Source: Eledone cirrhosa (lineage: Eukaryota). From it: a DNA stretch of 64,000 nucleotides. Shown piece by piece: positions 13,168-26,400 of the stretch. Below the pieces are notes generated by a model that was given only the letters and a program-made list of their open reading frames with translations, did no database searches and had not been told where the DNA came from. Each line of letters opens with the position of its first letter. The first letter of the stretch is position 1. Both the position numbers and the translations under genes were made by a program. The stretch is taken from the NCBI GenBank assembly GCA_964016885.1, contig OZ024746.1, positions 6,758,001-6,822,000 on the forward strand, given 5' to 3'.

Positions 13168-13391
13168 TCTCTTTCTTCTTTCAAAGCTATTCTGTATTCT
13201 AGCTTTTCTCCTTTCCATTGGTTTAACTCTTTGTGCATAGAATCTAAATCTTCTTGAATATAATCCATTATCTTACCCAAAGGGTTTGCACTCTTTGTTA
13301 ATCCTTGAATACTTCCCTGAAGTTTTAAGATTTTACTTTCAGCTAGTTTTCTTTGCCTTTGGTACGAAGTGCTGTTTATTAAAGAATTCTC
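13168..13391 (-). CDS. TRAF3IP1: TRAF3IP1 penultimate exon (224 nt)
   Basis: atttttcag|GAGAAT...GAAAGAGA|gtaagta. Encodes [74 protein letters not shown]. Confidence 0.93.
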
Positions 13392-14204
13392 CTGAAAAAT
13401 ACAAATTGTATATCATAACTAAGACACTTATCAAGAATGTTGGTACAATCTATGAGTTTCTTGAAATATAGAAGTACCGGGCTGAATTTATTATGAGCTA
13501 TCAAATCCAGTAGTTTTTAAACTATATTTATATTTTTAACTGTTGGTCAATCAATGCTAAATATTGATTGCCAGCTGAATTATTTATAGAAATATAAAAA
13601 TATACTGAAAAAGAAAATAGGTTATGTTAAAAGTATAGTGAAAAAGAAAATATCTTCTGAGTAAGGTTGTGTTTAGCAAAGGAAGAAATACCAGCTGGCT
13701 ATGAAACATGCAAGATATTTTTAATAAGGCATTTTATTTTAATTAGAATAGTATTCTCTCAATTCTGTTGTTGCCCACTCCTCTATGGATTTAAAAGAAA
13801 CACTAGATATTATGTTGTTATTAGTCTCATTCTTTTCTTTTTTTAATTTTACTAAACCCCCAATAGTTGAGAGTGCAATAATGTGCTTTTGAAGTAGGGA
13901 GATAATTCCAATTGAATGCAGTTCTTGGGAAGGTGCATCTAAGAAGAATTGGAGCTTCCGATTCATCCAAATCTGAGTTTATAATTTTATCAGAACAGAA
14001 AAATAAAAAAGATAAAATCCAAAAGAAAAGAGATTTCTACAAATACCAATTAAAAGATGATGAAATGAAAAGGACTGGCAGCAGATATTGCTTTCTTGGA
14101 TTTTAAAAAATGAGTTTAATAGCAAAACACAATGTACAGGTAAAAAAAATATAAAAGGATAAATGAAATAATGCAGGTGGACACATGTGAGGTAAACATG
14201 GGCA

Positions 14205-14790
14205 TAGGGCCTTTCTATAAATTTAATTTCACATAAGATTAGAAGTGGTTGATAGCTTCTGCTATCTAGGTAACATAATTAGCAATGGAGGAGGGTTCTC
14301 TGAGAGCATAATAGCTAGAATAAGGATAGGATGGAAAACTTTCAGAGAACTACACCCACTGTTGACCACAAAAGGTTTCTCCCTATGTACAAAAGGACAA
14401 CTGTATGACGCTTGTGTGTGAAGTGCAATGCTGTGTGGTAGTGAAATATGGGCTGTAACTACAGAGGATGAGCATAGACTGGAGAGAAATGAAACAACCA
14501 TGCTCCATTGGATGTGCAATGTAAGTGTGAGAGAAAGGCAGAGCTTGAAATGTGATTCACATGCACAATGATCATTGGGTGAAGAAGTGTCAAGAAATGC
14601 CAGTGGAAAGAAGTTGCAGTAGAGATAGACCAAGAAAGACTAGGGCAGAGGTTGTGAGAGCTGACCTCAAATAACTGAGGCTCACATAGGCGATGACAAA
14701 GTTTCACGACATGTGGAGAAATGCTTGCTGAGAAGGAACTATCCAACTCATGCAAGCATGAAAAAGCAGGCATAAAAACAATAATGATGA
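14205..14790 (+). mobile_element. Degenerate RTE 3' fragment
   Basis: Homologous to the C-terminal region of the long RTE copies (DSFCYLG...GWKTFREL), with tail gcaagcatg...atgatga. Confidence 0.75.
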
Positions 14791-15289
14791 TTAGATTTAC
14801 TAAAACCTTCAAAATTCAAGAAAATTCAAACTTCTCACCTCCTTCTTAAAATGTAAATAATTAGAGTAGTAAATAGTGACATGTTTTAGAAAATTTACAC
14901 CTAACTTTGACTTCAAAAGGAAATTTTAAGTTTTCTTTGAGAATTATTTTCTAAACTTAGCTAATACTCTTGCAAACTGTAGTGTATGCTGGAGTCACTC
15001 CTTGAATACAGAGTAGTAGCTACAAAATGTTTTTCTACATTATCATAATCAATATTATCTAAGTTTCCAATGCAGGAGAGAAGAAAACAGTAAAATCTTA
15101 GAGAATAAACCCAATCAAGACAAAAGAAATGGTCTGACAATGATATTTAGGACAAGGAATTGAAAAGAACAACACAATAGAAATACAAAAGAAGACAAAA
15201 AGGTAATGAAATGAGCTGTATACATGTTAAAAGGCAACTAAGATAGCATCTAATGGAAAATATATGAACAATACAAATAGATGTATGTG

Positions 15290-15328
<39 letters not shown>

Positions 15329-17521
15329 ATATATATATATATACATACACACATACATCTATTTGTATTGTTCATATATCGTTCATATATATATATAATA
15401 TATATATATATAATATATATATATATATATGCAAGCATGGAAAGGAGGACGTAAAAACGATGATAATGATGATAATATATATATAAATCATTGATGAAAT
15501 GCAAAACAAATCCTTCATTATTATTTGACAAATGACCAAATGTAGGTTGCATGATACCACATATATTGTAACAGGAGCAGTAATGAAGAATAGAAGTCAA
15601 AGAATATAATAGTTTTCGAAAATTAACAAAGACGTTAAGATGTGTAATTACCAGCAGATGAAACAAAACACATTAATAGAAAGAAGAAAAATAAGTTTAG
15701 TGGGGAAAAAAAGGAATTTAGGATAATTAGACAAGTTTATCATAATGAGAATTACAATGAAGAAAAAGAAATAATTAGATATATTAAGATGTATAGAAAA
15801 CTATTATAGAATGTAAGAAACAGTCTTGTAGCTCATGCAAGATTAAAGTCATAATGCAAATGTATAGTTACTTGTAAACTCATAAATATGCTTCTAGAAT
15901 ATATGTGTATAAAGTACATCGATTACAATAACAGATGGAAAGAAATGAGGGAAAGGAGAACAATTAAGTAGACTTAAGCAAGGAAGCAGAAAGCAATGTA
16001 ATAATAAAACCAATAAAATCTAGTCTGCTCCAGAAACTGACAGCTTAGAGAACATTCAGATTTCTCCGACTGCTTTAGTTCCCACCAATTGGCATGTCAG
16101 ATGAAATATTTATCTATTTAAATAATGAAAAGGGGGGGGGGGTAAAGAAGGGCAGATCTGGCTGTAGAGGGAAGTAAAGGAAAGGACTATAAATGCATAA
16201 ATGTGAAGAAAAGGGGAGAAAGAGCAAGGCCACAGAAGAAAGAGAGGGTGACAAACTCTACATCTAAGTCGATGCTGTGTTTCAGCTGCAGCTCATGGAC
16301 AAAGGCATTTCCGTAGACAATGGGTGTTGGATCATAAGGTTGTGGATCAATTCCTGGACTAGGCAGAACATTGTGTTCTTGAGCAAGATGCTTCATTTCT
16401 CATTGCATTTCATTAAAAACTGGGGACCCTATCATTAAAACACACAAGAAACCTCCTATATGATAAACCAAATAGGAGGCCAGCTACACCTGTATAAATG
16501 TAAGCTGTAAATTTGATTTTCATTGTAGAAGAATTAGCATAAGTTAAGGTTCAAGTGTTTGAGGTTTTCCTAATATGTTTCATTCCTTAATGGTTCTAAA
16601 CAGTTTTGCTCTTACATGTGGCTGTAAAAGTTGTGGGTGTAAGTGTATGAGAAGTGCACATTAATGGGCATATCTGTGTTGTTAAACTCAATGTCCTTTA
16701 CCATAAGAAAAGACCACAAGTACAAAACAGCATTATTACTACTACATCACATGAAAAACTACTACTGCAAATTTTCACAATTATCTATGTGTCTATCAAT
16801 AAAGATATTATAAACATTTTAATTAACTTATTTTTAGATATTTTCAGCTAAGTTATGACGGGATATTAAGAGTTAAACAGACAATATCTGACCTGATTAA
16901 TTTTATTCTGCAAAGAAACCTCATGATTTTCTTCCCATTTGGACTTTATTGAAAGTGTGTGTTTATCATGAGAATGCATTACAAACTTTCAACTTAAACA
17001 GACACAGAGTGAGATGAATTGTGTATGGTAGAAAGATAATTGTACAGATTCCTTTCCTTGAGATATAATCTAATAATTTGATGCTGTATAAAATAATCAA
17101 ATAAATTGCTGAGACTATATTGTAAGATAGCCATTAATCTTAAAACTTGGCAAGAAGCCAAGAAGTTACATATGAATAGTATCTACATCCAATGTAGTGT
17201 GAGAGATATGGGTGTGGTGAACGGTGGTGTCATCAACATAAGGCATAACCATGACTAAAGGTGAAAATGATGTCTTAATCTAAAACCTTAGATAATATTT
17301 GAGTTTATGAAGTGAAATCTAAGAAAGGAGTCCATTAGCACATGCAACAACTGAGTCGCAGAAAATGGCTTCTAAATTTCAATTGAACACTATGAGTAAA
17401 TAGCTTTACTAGAAGCTTTTCGTGTAGTTTGGTCACATCTAGGAAAGAAACCAATCATAAAGATTTAATTGTGGTAATCTGAATAGTTACTATCTAGACA
17501 TTGAAGACACAATGTTTGTAG

Positions 17522-17927
17522 TCATCATCATCATTTAACATCCATTTTCCATGCTAGCATTGGTTGGACATGTTGTCCTGTTATGAGAGATCCAGGTCAG
17601 AGTTTTTGTTGCAACACCTACACGACCACTTTACAGTGTGGGCTGAGTGCTTTTTGTTGTGACACCTACACGACCACTTTACAGTGTGGGCTGAGTGCTT
17701 TTTGTTGTGACACCTACATGACCACTTTACAGTGTGGGCTGAGTGCTTTTTGTTGTGACACCTACATGACCACTTACAGTATGAGTTGGGTACTTTTTGC
17801 CGTGACACCTACATGACTACTTTGCAGTGTGGACTGGGTACTTTTTGTTGTGACACCTACACGACCAGTTTACAGTGTGGGCTGGTGCTTTTTGTTGTGA
17901 CACCTACATGATTACTTTACAGTGTGG
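17522..17927 (-). repeat. RTE/SINE-B 3' tail with an expanded 48-bp internal tandem repeat (about 7 copies)
   Basis: Unit GACACCTACACGACCACTTTACAGTGTGGGCTGAGTGCTTTTTGTTGT next to a catcatcatc tail. Confidence 0.8.
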
Positions 17928-17972
17928 AAAATGATTCAAATTTGTCACTAACTGGTTCAGAGTATGGAAATA

Positions 17973-18167
17973 TAAGGTGCTTCAAAAAATTAGATATCAT
18001 CTGATTTGTAAATATCCCAGAAACTACAAATATATATTGTGAATTAGTGTTATAATGTTGATAAATTTTCAGGAATAAATCTTTTGTTACTCAACATTAA
18101 ACCTGCTCAGTCTCGTCCAAGACTTTGTAGTTTCTCAAATGATATCTATTTTTTTTTAAACACCCTG
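17973..18167. mobile_element. mariner-like MITE
   Basis: Imperfect TIRs of about 32 bp (TAAGGTGCTTCAAAAAATTAGATATCATCTGA versus reverse complement CAGGGTGTTTAAAAAAAAATAGATATCATTTGA), TA flanks. Confidence 0.65.
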
Positions 18168-18738
18168 TAGAATGAAATGGCATTCTAAAATTCATGTCAG
18201 TATTTTTTTCAAGGGTTAAAATGGGTGGTTTTATTTCATAGAACTAGAACTGGTTTTGGCCAGGTTGTTAACTAAAGGGTTAAAATAGGTGGTTTTATTT
18301 CATAGAAACAGAGTTAGTTTTGGCTGGGTTGGTAACTAAAGGGTTAACATTTTCTCTGTACACACAGACACACATATATAGCAGGTTTTGAACAGTTTTA
18401 TCTACTAAATTCACTGACAGGGCATTTGTTGATCAGAGGGTATAGTAGTAGGCACAAGGTACCACATAGAAGGATAGAAGACAAACCATGTGGCTACAAA
18501 GTGAAATTCCTAACGCCACACAGCCAAAAAGAAAAAAAATCATAAATAAGAAAAATACAAAAAATATCTTCCCATCATCACAAAAAAAAAAAACCCCAGA
18601 AAATGTTATCAGTTGGTTGTTGAGATGCACAAAACAAAAAGATAGTATCTACACATCACATCAGATATGGTTCATGTTACAAGTAAAGTAATTAAGGAAA
18701 GAAGAATGACTGACAATATGCAAGATAATGCAACAGAC

Positions 18739-18805
<67 letters not shown>

Positions 18806-18887
18806 ATATATATGTATATATATATTATATATATATATATATGTATATATATATACACACACACATATATATATATAATATATATAT

Positions 18888-18939
<52 letters not shown>

Positions 18940-18943
<4 letters not shown>

Positions 18944-19605
18944 ATACTTTGGGAGGGTCAGGTTGCCAATAAAAACACATGCACCTGTTAGTTTTCACTT
19001 GAATTTATTATAAATTTCCAGTTGGTTGGTTGGTTCGATAACCAGAAGGTTGTTTATATATTGTCAAAGCTCTTTCGTCACACATTCTGTGACCTCCTCA
19101 GTGACTAGGTTTTTATTTTGTGTGTCTCTCCTTTGTTCTGTCCTACACCATCTTGCTTTTGTGTGTTGTGTGCTTAATTTGTGCATGCGTTATATCCGGG
19201 TGTGTGTGTGCATTTGTCACTAGTTGGTTGTTTGTTCTATCTGTGTATGTCTGATTTGTTTTGTTAGTTTGGTTCTTGTGCATCTCTGTATGTCTTCATT
19301 TTGTTCTTAATTACTAGTTGCGATGTTGCTATTCCACTCCTGTTTCTGTTTAATTCTGGTTGGAGTTCGTTTATATTTGTCTCCTCTGTGATTTGTCTGA
19401 GCATTGCATCTTTTCTGTGTGGATATAATTTTTATCTCTATGTTCTCTAATCTGCCTCTATGTTCTATTTTGGTATGTTGGTGGAGTACCGATGAGTTTT
19501 TCCCATCCAGGAGTTCTCCCCACTATTCCTATGCTACAGGTTGTTTCACCTATGTATGTTATATTCTTATTCTTACACTGTCCCTCAGTACATCTTATTC
19601 TATAT
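18940..19605 (-). mobile_element. Penelope-like element 3' relic: GIY-YIG endonuclease remnant plus pLTR with hammerhead
   Basis: Minus-strand translation IYRIRCTEGQCKNKNITYIGETTCSIG...SSVLHQHTKIEHRG...DAMLRQITEE.NINELQPELNR..EW (frameshifted). Flanked by (TA)n. Confidence 0.8.
19063..19105 (-). ncRNA. Type-I hammerhead ribozyme motif (Penelope pLTR)
   Basis: GTCA-CTGAGGA-G-GTCACA(GAATG)TGTGAC-GAAA-GAGC-TT-TGAC. Stem I GTCA/TGAC, 6-bp stem II, minimal stem III, predicted cleavage after CUU. Confidence 0.75.
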
Positions 19606-19839
19606 ATATCATATAACATATATATTATATATATATATTATATATATACATATATATATATATATATTAGGATTGGTGCTCTGAAATAGCGATGTATACA
19701 TGAATGTATGTATAGTATATTTGGCAATATACTGTATGTTTAATTAAAAACATTTTGAAGACCTTGCGCTATCATTTTAAAGTAGTGACCATGTCACTTA
19801 CTTCTTTTTTCGGCAAAGGAAGGGAAACCAAAACAGTGT

Positions 19840-20550
19840 TGTCATATAGAGAGTGAAGAGCGGCAGAGAGAGTAAAGCAGTTAAATTATAGAGAGGGGAA
19901 TGATCTTACATACATACATATAAAGTATAGATATGTGTGTGTGTGTGTTTGTGTATGTGTGTATGTGCATGTGTGTGTCTGTGTGTTTTGTTTTGATGTT
20001 ATCCGGCAATTGGTGAAAAAGTGTGTGGGATACATACATTATTATATTTGTCTGTATTTTCGTTTTGCAACCATTATATTATGATATTTGTATCCAAATG
20101 ATTTTAGATGTATGTATTACCTGCTTGCCCATCCCTCTGTTTCTCTTTCCCTGTCTCTCCCTCTCTCTTCTCTCTCCTCTCTCTCTCTTTAAATGTGTGT
20201 GTGTGTGTGTAGTTTTCCTAATCTGTTTCTTTCACTCTCTGTCTCTCTCTAAGAGGGTTGCCTTTTGATGTATGTATTACCTGCTGTCATATAGAGAGTG
20301 AAGAGAGACAGAGAGTAAAGCAGTTAAATTATAGAGAGGGTGAAAGAGGGAGAGAGAGAGACGACGCTCAGCTTTATAATATTAGAGAGTGAAGAGCAAA
20401 AGAGAGTAAAGCAGTTAAATTATAGAGAGGGGGAATGATCTATTATAGAGAGAGGGAAGAGTGACAGAGAGAGTAAAGCTAAGAAACTATAGGGAGGTGT
20501 GTAGGATACATACATAATACACACAACACTCAGCTTCATAATATTATAGA
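19840..20550 (-). mobile_element. Possible non-autonomous Helitron-like fragments with internal duplications
   Basis: Two minus-strand TCTA(T)AATATTAT(A/G)AAGCTGAG termini (about 20369-20387 and 20529-20550) resemble Helitron 5' ends. Repeated gagagtaaagcagttaaattatagagagg blocks. Confidence 0.35.
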
Positions 20551-20576
20551 TATATATATTATATTATATATTATAC

Positions 20577-20626
<50 letters not shown>

Positions 20627-20718
20627 AAGTAATTCCGTCGGAAAAGTCCAGGAAAAAAGAGTGCTCTATGTAGGTAACAGAGCTTAATAGTTATGTAATA
20701 AACAACATAAGGCAATTA

Positions 20719-20778
20719 TTCCATTTACCAGTGGTTTCTTAAAAGCAAAAGATTTTGCTTTCAATCCTCAGAATGAAA
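20719..20778 (-). ncRNA. Type-I hammerhead ribozyme motif (left palindrome arm, sense to TRAF3IP1 pre-mRNA)
   Basis: Exact mirror copy of the 20855-20914 motif. Confidence 0.78.
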
Positions 20779-20854
20779 AAATCCTGGTCTGTTTATTGAA
20801 TTTGGATTTAAAAAAAAATTTTTAAATCCAAATTCAATAAACAGACCAGGATTT

Positions 20855-20914
20855 TTTCATTCTGAGGATTGAAAGCAAAATCTTTTGCTTTTAAGAAACC
20901 ACTGGTAAATGGAA
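20855..20914 (+). ncRNA. Type-I hammerhead ribozyme motif (right palindrome arm)
   Basis: TTTCATT-CTGAGGA-TTGAAAGCAAAA(TC)TTTTGCTTTTAA-GAAA-CC(ACT)GG-TA-AATGGAA. Predicted GUA cleavage after 20907. Confidence 0.78.
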
Positions 20915-21409
20915 TAATTGCCTTATGTTGTTTATTACATAACTATATATATATATATAGGTCCCGAAGAGATTGTTTTAGTAAAAATAGGAGCAAGCAG
21001 GAGAAAGCTCTCAACATTCATAGTTTGTAGATACAATAGAGATTCAGTATAATAATAACATTATGAAAGATGCTGATGTTACATAAATCATGTATTCATT
21101 ACAATTATTTCAATGGTTCTCCAATGCAATGAAGATATAATTCATGCATTTGTTGTTGTAATGAGAACGGTAACCTCAGATGAAATTAGGCTAATCAACT
21201 GATGTATACTTTAGAGAATACTATATATTCTCAAGAGTTCTAGTGTGTGATAGAAGAGAGATACACAATCTTGACAAAGGGCAATAACCCAGGAACAATA
21301 TTGTCGATTGTTTCTCTCTGTCACTGCTAGAACAAAAGAATGATGATGGTTGTCTAAAAAACAGAGTAATGAGGCTGTTTGCTTGCAAAGAAATAGAATA
21401 TTATTATAG

Positions 21410-21577
21410 AGGATGACCACGAAAAACATGGGCGAAGGTGGTGAAAGCAGACTTCAGATCGCTGAAGCTCACGGAGGAGATGACGAAAGACCATGACAAG
21501 TGGAGAGATGCTGTGCTGAATAGGACCCGTCCCACCCTTGCAAGCAGGGAAAAGTGGGCGTAAAATGATGATGATGA
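21410..21577 (+). mobile_element. RTE 3' end (short-tail subfamily)
   Basis: RPRKTWAKVVKADFRSLKLTEEMTKDHDKWRDAVL followed by the CTTGCAAGCAGGGAAAAG..GTAAAATGATGATG tail. Same family as 51085-51326(+) and 29100-29640(-). Confidence 0.8.
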
Positions 21578-21962
21578 TTCCATATAAAACTCACAAATGT
21601 ATTTTTTTTATTTATTTCTGTATATAAGAAAGATATTTATATAGAAATATAAAAACATTCCAAACAATTTTCTCAAACAGCATGATTGAAATATGTAGCA
21701 GAGAATGGTAATTTGTGTGTCATATGTGCCAAGTAGAATGTAAAGAGACAACATTCATATGTAAACAAGAAGAATGTAAAGAAGCCAGTTGTAGAAACCA
21801 TTTACTTCATAATGGAGTATTTAACAAACATTCACAGAAATATTTCTAAAGAAAAGTGTAGAGTCATAAATTCTAAATATCAAAATGGCAAAATCTTAAA
21901 TGAGAATTACTAATAGAGAACACAAACCCCAGTTCAATCCTAGTGGGCCTTTTTAAAATATA

Positions 21963-23432
21963 GGATGACAGTGGTGGTACCTCAGTATTAAGATGGGAGT
22001 GGTGGTACCTCGGTATTAAAGTGATAGTGGTGGTACCTCAGTATTAGGATGGGAGTGGTGGTATCTCAGTATTAAGATGGGGGTATTGGTACCTCAGTAT
22101 TAAAGTGATAGTGGTGGTACCTCAGTATTAAGATGGGAGTGGTGGTATCTCAGTATTAAGATGGGAGTAGTGGTACCTCAGTATTAAAGTGATAGTGGTG
22201 GTACCTCAGTATTAGGATAGGAGTGGTGGTATCTCAGTATTAAGTGGTGGTACCACAGTATTAAAGTGATAGTGGTGGTACCTCAGTATTAGGATGGGAG
22301 TGGTGGTACCTCAGTATTAAAGTGATAGTGGTGGTACCTCAGTATTAGGATAGGAGTGGTGGTATCTCAGTATTAATTGGTGGTACCACAGTATTAAAGT
22401 GATAGTGGTGGTACCTCAGTATTAAAGTGATAGTGGTGGTACCTCAGTATTAGGATGGGAGTGGTGGTACCTCAGTATTAAAGTGATAGTGGTGGTACCT
22501 CAGTATTAGGATAGGAGTGGTGGTATCTCAGTATTAATTGGTGGTACCACAGTATTAAAGTGATAGTGGTGGTACCTCAGTATTAAAGTGATAGTGGTGG
22601 TACCTCAGTATTAGGATCGGAGTGGTGGCATCTCAGTATTAAGATGGGAGTATTGGTACCTCAGTATTAAAGTGATAGTGGTGGTACCTCAGTATTAAGA
22701 TGGGAGTGGTGGTATCTCAGTATTAAAGTGATAGTGGTGGTACCTCAGTATTAGGATCGGAGTGGTGGCATCTCAGTATTAAAGTGATAGTGGTGGTACC
22801 TCAGTATTAAGATGGGAGTATTGGTACCTCAGTATTAAAGTGATAGTGGTGGTTCCTCAGTATTAGGATAGGAGTGGTGGTACCTCAGTATTAAGATGGG
22901 AGTGGTGGTACCTCAGTATTAAGATGGGAGTGGTGGTACCTCAGTATTAAGATGGGAGTGGTGGTACCTCAGTATTAAGATGGGAGTGGTGGTACCTCAG
23001 TATTAAGATGGGAGTGGTGGTACCTCAGTATTAAAGTGATAGTGGTGGTACCTCAGTATTAGGATGGGAGTGGTGGTACCTCAGTATTAAAGTGATAGTG
23101 GTGGTACCTCAGTATTAGGATAGGAGTGGTGGTACCTCAGTATTAAGATGGGAGTGGTGGTACCTCAGTATTAAGATGGGAGTGGTGGTACCTCAGTATT
23201 AGGATAGGAGTGGTGGTATCTCAGTATTAAGTAGTGGTACCTCAGTATTAAAGTGATAGTGGTGGTACCTCAGTATTAGGATGGGAGTGGTGGTATCTCA
23301 GTATTAAGTGGTGGTACCTCAGTATTAAAGTGATAGTGGTGGTACCTCAGTATTAGGATAGGAGTGGTGGTATCTCAGTATTAAGTGGTGGTACCTCAGT
23401 ATTAAAGTGATAGTGGTGGTACCTCTGTATTA
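21963..23432. repeat. 28-bp minisatellite (AGTGGTGGTACCTCAGTATTA plus AGATGGG/AAGTGAT/GGATAGG), about 52 units
   Basis: Direct tandem repetition with variant and shortened 21-bp units. Confidence 0.95.
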
Positions 23433-26400
23433 TGCACTTACTGCAGGCAATAGTCTTAGAAAATAAAATTCCTAACAAATTAATAAGAACCCAGAGCATA
23501 ATTTTCTAGATGTACAGCAATTGTTAGCAGTTGAGCCAAATATGGAATGGAAGCAATGGACTATTAAAATGGTTTATAAAAAGTAGACGATATCTCTTAT
23601 TTCCCAAGTGAACTGATTTACTAGAAAAATATAGTTGCTGTAAAACTATAGTTACCAGAATATGAAAGCAATTAGATGAAGTTGAAAATGTTGATAGTCC
23701 TGTAAATAACAAAGAAGTTATTTCCCGGTGCAAAACACAGAACATATGGGAAACACACACTTGATGAACACAGAATACAGAAGATTTTAATAAACGTAGA
23801 TGTTTATTAATCCATTGAACTTGCTTGAAAGATGAAGTTGTTTGCATTAGTTGAAATTTTGAAAAGTGGCTGTAGTGGTCAGGACTAATAATATAAATGG
23901 ATGACATTTGCTGTGGAGGGGGAGAAGTGCTGTGCTGCCTGATGTGTGGCAGGAAAAGACCAAAGGATACAAAATTTATTTGATATGAGAATATTAGGCT
24001 TCACAACTAAGATGATAAAAGATGAAGAAAAGTGGCAACATGCCATGCTGCAAACTATATCAGCAAGGAAAAAAACAATGTTAAGCAATAAATGATGATG
24101 ATGATGATGATAATTGGCTCAAATGCAATAAAAGTCAAATATAGCATTAACAAAAATACTGGAAAATGACAGAGACAAAAAAAATAATAAAAAACAAAAC
24201 GAAGCAAATATAAAATAAAAAACAATGGGTATGAAATTATTTTATCTGTAGCAGCAAGATATCTGTAGCAAATCAAAATAAATATAATAAATGCAATAAT
24301 GTAGTATGCAATATAATTACAATCTCCAAAGTGTAATGATAAACAGAAGAAAAACAAAAACAAAAAAATGAAATCCTAAATCAGAAAATATTAATTAAAT
24401 ATGGTTAAAAGAAGAAAAGTTAAATTGTAGAAAAGAAGAGAAAGAAGTGAAATTGGATGGAAGAAGATGGACATTGAGTATTGGGAAATAAAGCACTCGG
24501 TGGCCAACTTAATAAGAATTGTAGCAATTCTGCATAAATTTATTATTTCAAACACATTTCTATTATTTCTAACAGAGAAGAACAATTATTATTTTTCCCA
24601 TTTTAATATTTTAATTACACGATAATAGACCACTACAAAATGAAATAATTGTTTCTAGTTTAGGCACAAGGCCAGCAATTTGAAGGGGAGGGAAAAGTCG
24701 ATTAAATCAACCCCAGTGTATTACTGGTGCTTTATTTTATTGACCCCGTAACGATGAAAGGCAAAGCTAAACTTGGCAGGATTTGAACACAGAACATAAA
24801 GGCCCATAACTCTATGCTGCGAAGCATGTTGTTTGATGCTCTACCAATACTGCCAATCTACTGCCTTACAAAATGAAATAATGCAAAGACACCCCAGCTG
24901 TCGTAATCCAGTCAATATCATTTTATTATATACACAAAATATATAAAATATGTTTATTGAGAATATAAAATAGGATGGTGACATAATTACATACTAAACC
25001 CCTTCTGGAACTTTTATTTCTATATGTTTATCATCATCATCATCATGTTTATGTTTCAGACAAAGTTCTTTTCTGGGAGGAGGAGAGGGATCTCTATGAT
25101 TCAAATATTAGAAATTATAATTTTACAACAAAGATAATTTTCACAAATTCAATACTTTCAATTGCTCACATCTCCATTTTCTCCGTTTAATCTAAACATG
25201 AATGTTTAACACTAATATAGCGAAGAACCAAAGGGCCTTAAAGTAAAGCTGCCAAAGAGCAACATTTTAGTAAGCAGGAATGTGGATAAGACTCTGCTAT
25301 CATCAAGGATATAGCTATGATGAATATATAGAAAAGGAGTAGGTAGGAATTCCATTTGGTGTACTCAGTGGACACACAAGAGATGTAACAGGATCACAGA
25401 TAGGCTGACAGGGAAGGTAGAGTTTGTACGTAGCAAATACACAGGAGTACTCAACAGTAAGGGTATTTATTCCAAGATATAAACTTTACAAAGGAAATGG
25501 CACAGAGTGAGGCTGAATAGCAATATTCCATGAGGCAAAAGATCTGTCCACCTATGCAGTGCAACACAAAAAGTAAATGTAGAGAAGGACTGGAAGTTAC
25601 AGTGTTGTTAACCAAATGGAGATAATGTAGAGTTTCAAAGAATCCTTTGGTCACAATGAACATGTTAACAACCCCTCTAGTTGTGGTGATGTGATAAAAT
25701 ACATCTAATCCACTTTGTAAAATGGTAGTGCTGGTGCCACGATAAACTGCATCCAGTCCACTCTGAAAAGTGGTACTGCTGGTGTCACAAAAAATGCACA
25801 CAGTACACCATGTAAGTTGGATAATGTTAGGAAGGACATCTAGCTTTAGAAAACATACCAAGTATGGGACTTATGTGCAAGTCATGGTTACCTTGATAAG
25901 TCTCACCAGAGAATGGGACAACACATCCAACCCATGCCAGCATGGAAAGCAGATGTAAAAATGAAGATGATGATGAAGACTCTAATCTGGTAAAATTCTA
26001 GAAACTCAACTCCTCATTACATATATACAAACACTATGGTGATATTGTGTCATATGGGTACTTCTAAACACTTTAATATACATAGTTTGGTGGAGGCAAG
26101 TCAGCTTGAAAGGGTCCCCCATCTGTAATGTATATCTGGAGAGGAATTCAACACTGTAAATATCAAAATACTAACTTTTATAGTACTACTATTGATTACT
26201 GTAGTAACTGTGAGGTTGGACCTCCATCAGTACCAATGACTAGTATTCCAGTTGATTTCAAATTAGTGTGTAAGAGCATTCCACAAACATGTATACTTTT
26301 AATGTAATTCTCAGGGAGATGCTATATAACACAGAGTGTGGCAAGGCTGTACCTTAAAATTACAGGTACAACTTAAAGTTGCCAGCTGAGTGGACTGGAA

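Larger units (their letters stand above)
20687..20946. repeat. Perfect palindrome, 128-bp arms with a 4-nt spacer
   Basis: 20687-20814 is the exact reverse complement of 20819-20946. The element begins near 20625 and is flanked by (TA)n. Confidence 0.92.

Noticed and set aside
21963-23432. CRISPR array
   Set aside because: Variable segments are only 7 nt and recur; eukaryotic intron; no cas genes.
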